From NCBI GenBank assembly GCA_043228905.1, contig JBHGNT010000006.1, forward strand, positions 12,834,001 to 12,898,000: 64,000 nucleotides of DNA, written 5' to 3'. The translations under genes were made by a program, and so were the position numbers. A model generated the notes under the pieces. That model was given only the letters and a program-made list of their open reading frames with translations. It did no database searches and had not been told where the DNA came from. Positions 60,632-64,000 of the stretch are shown in pieces (within the stretch, counting starts at the first letter, position 1; each line of letters begins with the position of its first letter). The stretch comes from Azolla caroliniana. Lineage: Eukaryota; Plantae; Polypodiophyta.

Positions 60632-63600
60632 TGTCATGATGACACTTACATGCAATTTGTGTTTACAAGGAATCGAACCCACAACCTTGTTATATTCACG
60701 TCGAGTTCTTGACCGTTGTAATGATATATTTATTTGTAAAAGAATTGATAAACTATATGAAATACTATAGAGTAATTTAGAGTACTCTATGTTATAGAAT
60801 GTTCTAGAATATTCTAGAGTGCTCTTTTGTCTAGGAAATTCTAGAATATTCTAGCATGGTCTTTATTCTAGGAAGTTCTTGAATATTCTAGCATGGTCTT
60901 TATTCTAGGAAGTTCTTGAATATTCTAGCATGGTCTTTATTCTAGGACTTTCTAGAATATCCTATTAAAACTTATAAATATGCATATTACCATAAGGGAT
61001 GAACCAATTTGGTTCAACGCCATTCTAGAGCTCCCTTGTTTACTCGTTGTATTCCACTCTTTTATTGCAATACATTATCTTTACAATACTCTCTCTCTCT
61101 CTATCTTGACAGTTTGAACCAAATTTCTTCTTTCCTTCCTCATTTCTTTCTCTTCCAAGAACCTTAATAAGTTTCCTTCTTTGTTTTCCTCTTCCTTCGT
61201 ACGATATGGAGTCTGTGAGCAAACAAGAATATATGTGTGTCCTTTTTGAGCTCGACATGCTCACAAATAAATTTGTGGCACTAGAGCAAGAAAATCAAAG
61301 ACTACTCGGGGACCTACAACATCTGAGTACCGGGAAAGCACAACAATATGAAGAGTTGTCACAATGGGTTTGCCAACTCGAGACTACTATATTATCATTA
61401 CGAGAACAAGTGTTGAGGGTTCAAAACTACCCCAAAGAACCGAAGACTAGTCTCCTTGCTAAGTTTGATGGTATGAGGTCTCTATTTCGAGGCTTTTTGA
61501 ATCAAGTACGTTTGGTCATTCAACTACATCCTAATCGATATCCAACGGAAGCTGCTCGTGTGGGATTTGTAGGAACCTTGCTAAGTGGTACGGCACTAGC
61601 ATGGTTTGCTCCACTCCTCGAGAAGAAGTCACCGTTGTTGGAGGATTTTGAGGCGTTTGTTAAGGAGTTTCAAGCTAGCTTTGGAGATACTGACAGCACT
61701 AGGACCGCAATAAACAAGATTTGAAGGCTCCAATAAGGAGATCGTCTCGCGTTGGCTTATGCAGCCGATTTCAGTCTCTTGGCATGCGATATCCCTTGGG
61801 ATGAGGCGGCTCTAATGGATCAATTTCGTCAAGGTCTGCGTAATGATGTCAAAGATCTTCTTCTTACCTTTTCTGAAGATCCAAAATCTCTTACAGAGGC
61901 AATTAGTCGAGCTGTGCATTGTGATAATCGCCTCTTTGAGTGACGCTCGGAGCACCAACAAATGTTGCGTCGTCAACCGGATCAAACGTACGCTTCTATA
62001 GTCGCAACGCCTCTACCAGTCTCAAGACCCATTACGAGGGATGACCCAACTCCAATGGAAATAGAGTCAACATAACGTCGGGGGCCCTTATTGGATGTTG
62101 AGAGGCAACGACGTCGAGCACACCACTTATGTCTATATTGTGGGGGTCCAGGACATAGAGCCGTGAATTGTCCTCATAAGCCTAGACATCAAGTATACCA
62201 AGTAAGTGCACAAGCCAACCCTACTTCAAGTTCCGTTATTTCTTCTAATAACATAATTAAGCGTAGTAGTTCATGCCATGAGAATAGATTCGAGGTCTTG
62301 AGCCAATTAGAGGATGTGTTAAACGAGTAAGTCCGGCCTAAATAGGAGCCATTTGGTTGGACAACCCTAGATATGTAGAGTTAGTTCCTAGTTGTGGTTC
62401 CATTTCATCAAATCAAGTTAGTTGAGCTTTTTCTGCACAAGTTGAGCTTAGCATAGCTACATGTCATCGCGTCCTAGCCTCTACCCTATTAGATTCTGGA
62501 GCCAACTCTTGTTTCATGGATCGTGAGTTTCCATTGACACAAAACATCCTCTTGAATAGCCTCCCCAACCCAGTATCCGTAGAAGTCATCGATGGTTGTC
62601 CTATAGCATTAGGTGATATAGTCGAAGAGTTTGAGCCAATTTGTGTAGTTCTTGGTGATTTGACAAGTATAATCTATTTCAACATTATTCGTAGTCCAAA
62701 ACACCCACTAGTTCTAGGTCTCCCTTGGTTTGAACTGCATAACCCAAACATTGATTGGATGAAAAGAACAATTGAGGAATCCCAAGAAAAAAGAACTACA
62801 CTCGCATCCCTCAACACTCCAAAATTTGATACTGGGTCCCATAAGTTATCAACCATCTCTCTCCATCAGTTACGTGAGGAAGGGGGGAACGAGGACATGT
62901 TTGTTTTTGCAATTGTAGCAACTCCATCAAGCCCATCACCCACCTTACCGGAGCCGGACGTCCAATTACCAAAAAAATACAAAGAGTTTTCAGACGTCTT
63001 TGATAAGTTGAAGGCAAATACACTGCCAGAGCATAGGCCATACGACTGCCCTATTGACTTACAACCAGGGAAAGAACCGCCATGGGGGCCAATTTATAAT
63101 CTCTCTCCTATCGAGCTAGAGACTTTGCGAGTATATATCGAGGAGAATCTTGCAAATGGATTCATCCGGCATTCTAGATCCCCTGTTGGTGCACCTATCT
63201 TCTTTGTTAAGAAGAAAAACGGGTCTCTTCGGTTGGTCATGGATTATCGATGGCTGAACAAAGTGACTATCCGGAATAGATATCCTCTACCCTTGATCCC
63301 AAACCTTTTGGAACATCTCAGTAGAGCAAAATATTTCACAAAATTGGACCTTCGCGGTGCATACAATTTAGTTCGGATTCACCTAGGGGACGAATGGAAA
63401 ACTGCTTTTCGTACTCGTTATGGACATTTCGAGTATACCGTGATGCCATTCGGTCTCACAAATGCGCTTGCAGTGTTCCATCATATGGCGAATGATATTT
63501 TTCGAGATTTTCTCGATATCTTCACTATAGTTTATCTGGACGACATTTTGATCTACTCAAAGACTGAAGAGGAGCATGATAAACATGTTCGTCAGGTATT

Positions 63601-64000
63601 ATGTCGACTACGAGAATATGGTCTCTACGCAAAATTAGAAAAGTGTAGTTTCGGCCAAAATCAAGTGGAGTTTTTGGGGTATGTTATAATCAACTGGCAT
63701 CTCTATGAACCCAATGAAGGTTCAAACAATTTTAGATTTTCAAACACCCCTTTCCATGCGTGATGTACAATGTTTTCTTGGGTTTGCAAATTTTTATTAG
63801 AAATTCATTAAAAATTATTCCAAGGTCATGCTTCCGCTCCCCCAACTCACGTAGAAAAATCAACCATTCATATGGAATTCAGAGGCGACCGAGGCGTTAG
63901 AAAGTTTAAAATGAGCATTTACAACAACGCCTATTTTGACTCATGTTGATCCCAAGAAACACTTCATCCTTGAAGCTAATGCATCCGATTTTGCATTAGG
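60632..64000 (+). mobile_element. Decayed Tcn1-like copy D (5' LTR 60632-61111, gag 61206-62330, PR/RT/RH to window end)
   Basis: LTR tgtcatg..ttgaca. gag and pol peptides are homologous to copy A (FRGFLNQVRLVIQ, CLYCGGPGH, VYLDDILIYS), with stops. Confidence 0.92.
60831..60960 (+). repeat. 37-bp tandem repeat (3.5 copies) amplifying HSE-like motifs in the LTR of copy D
   Basis: Unit ctaggaagttcttgaatattctagcatggtctttatt starts at 60831, 60868, 60905 and 60942. Confidence 0.9.

Overview
This window is entirely nested retroelement DNA. I see no host gene, rRNA or intact tRNA gene. The element types suggest a land plant, probably a non-seed plant such as a bryophyte (inference). There are about 15 insertions or fragments. 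Two Ty3/gypsy elements are young and intact: a Tcn1/Tf1-type chromovirus at 26016-31782 (-) and a tRNA-Trp-primed, tentatively Phygy-like element at 36722-44134 (+). The rest are four older Tcn1-like copies or fragments, an older tandem Phygy-like copy, two copies of an iMet-primed chromovirus with a 1.7 kb leader, an Athila/Tat-type element with an extra ORF, three copia elements and a full-length RTEX-like LINE. The most notable observation is a tRNA-derived Pol III-type module (box A, a fixed 33-34 nt spacer, box B). It sits antisense in the U3 of nine LTRs from two unrelated gypsy lineages, with the boxes conserved and the cloverleaf stems lost. Other notable items are phased heat-shock-element arrays and a covarying self-priming site in the Tcn1-like LTRs, two -1 frameshift signals (one between protease and RT, with a pseudoknot), and a probable leader intron carrying a hairpin array and a block more conserved than gag. 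Clade names come from motif recognition by eye, not from database searches.
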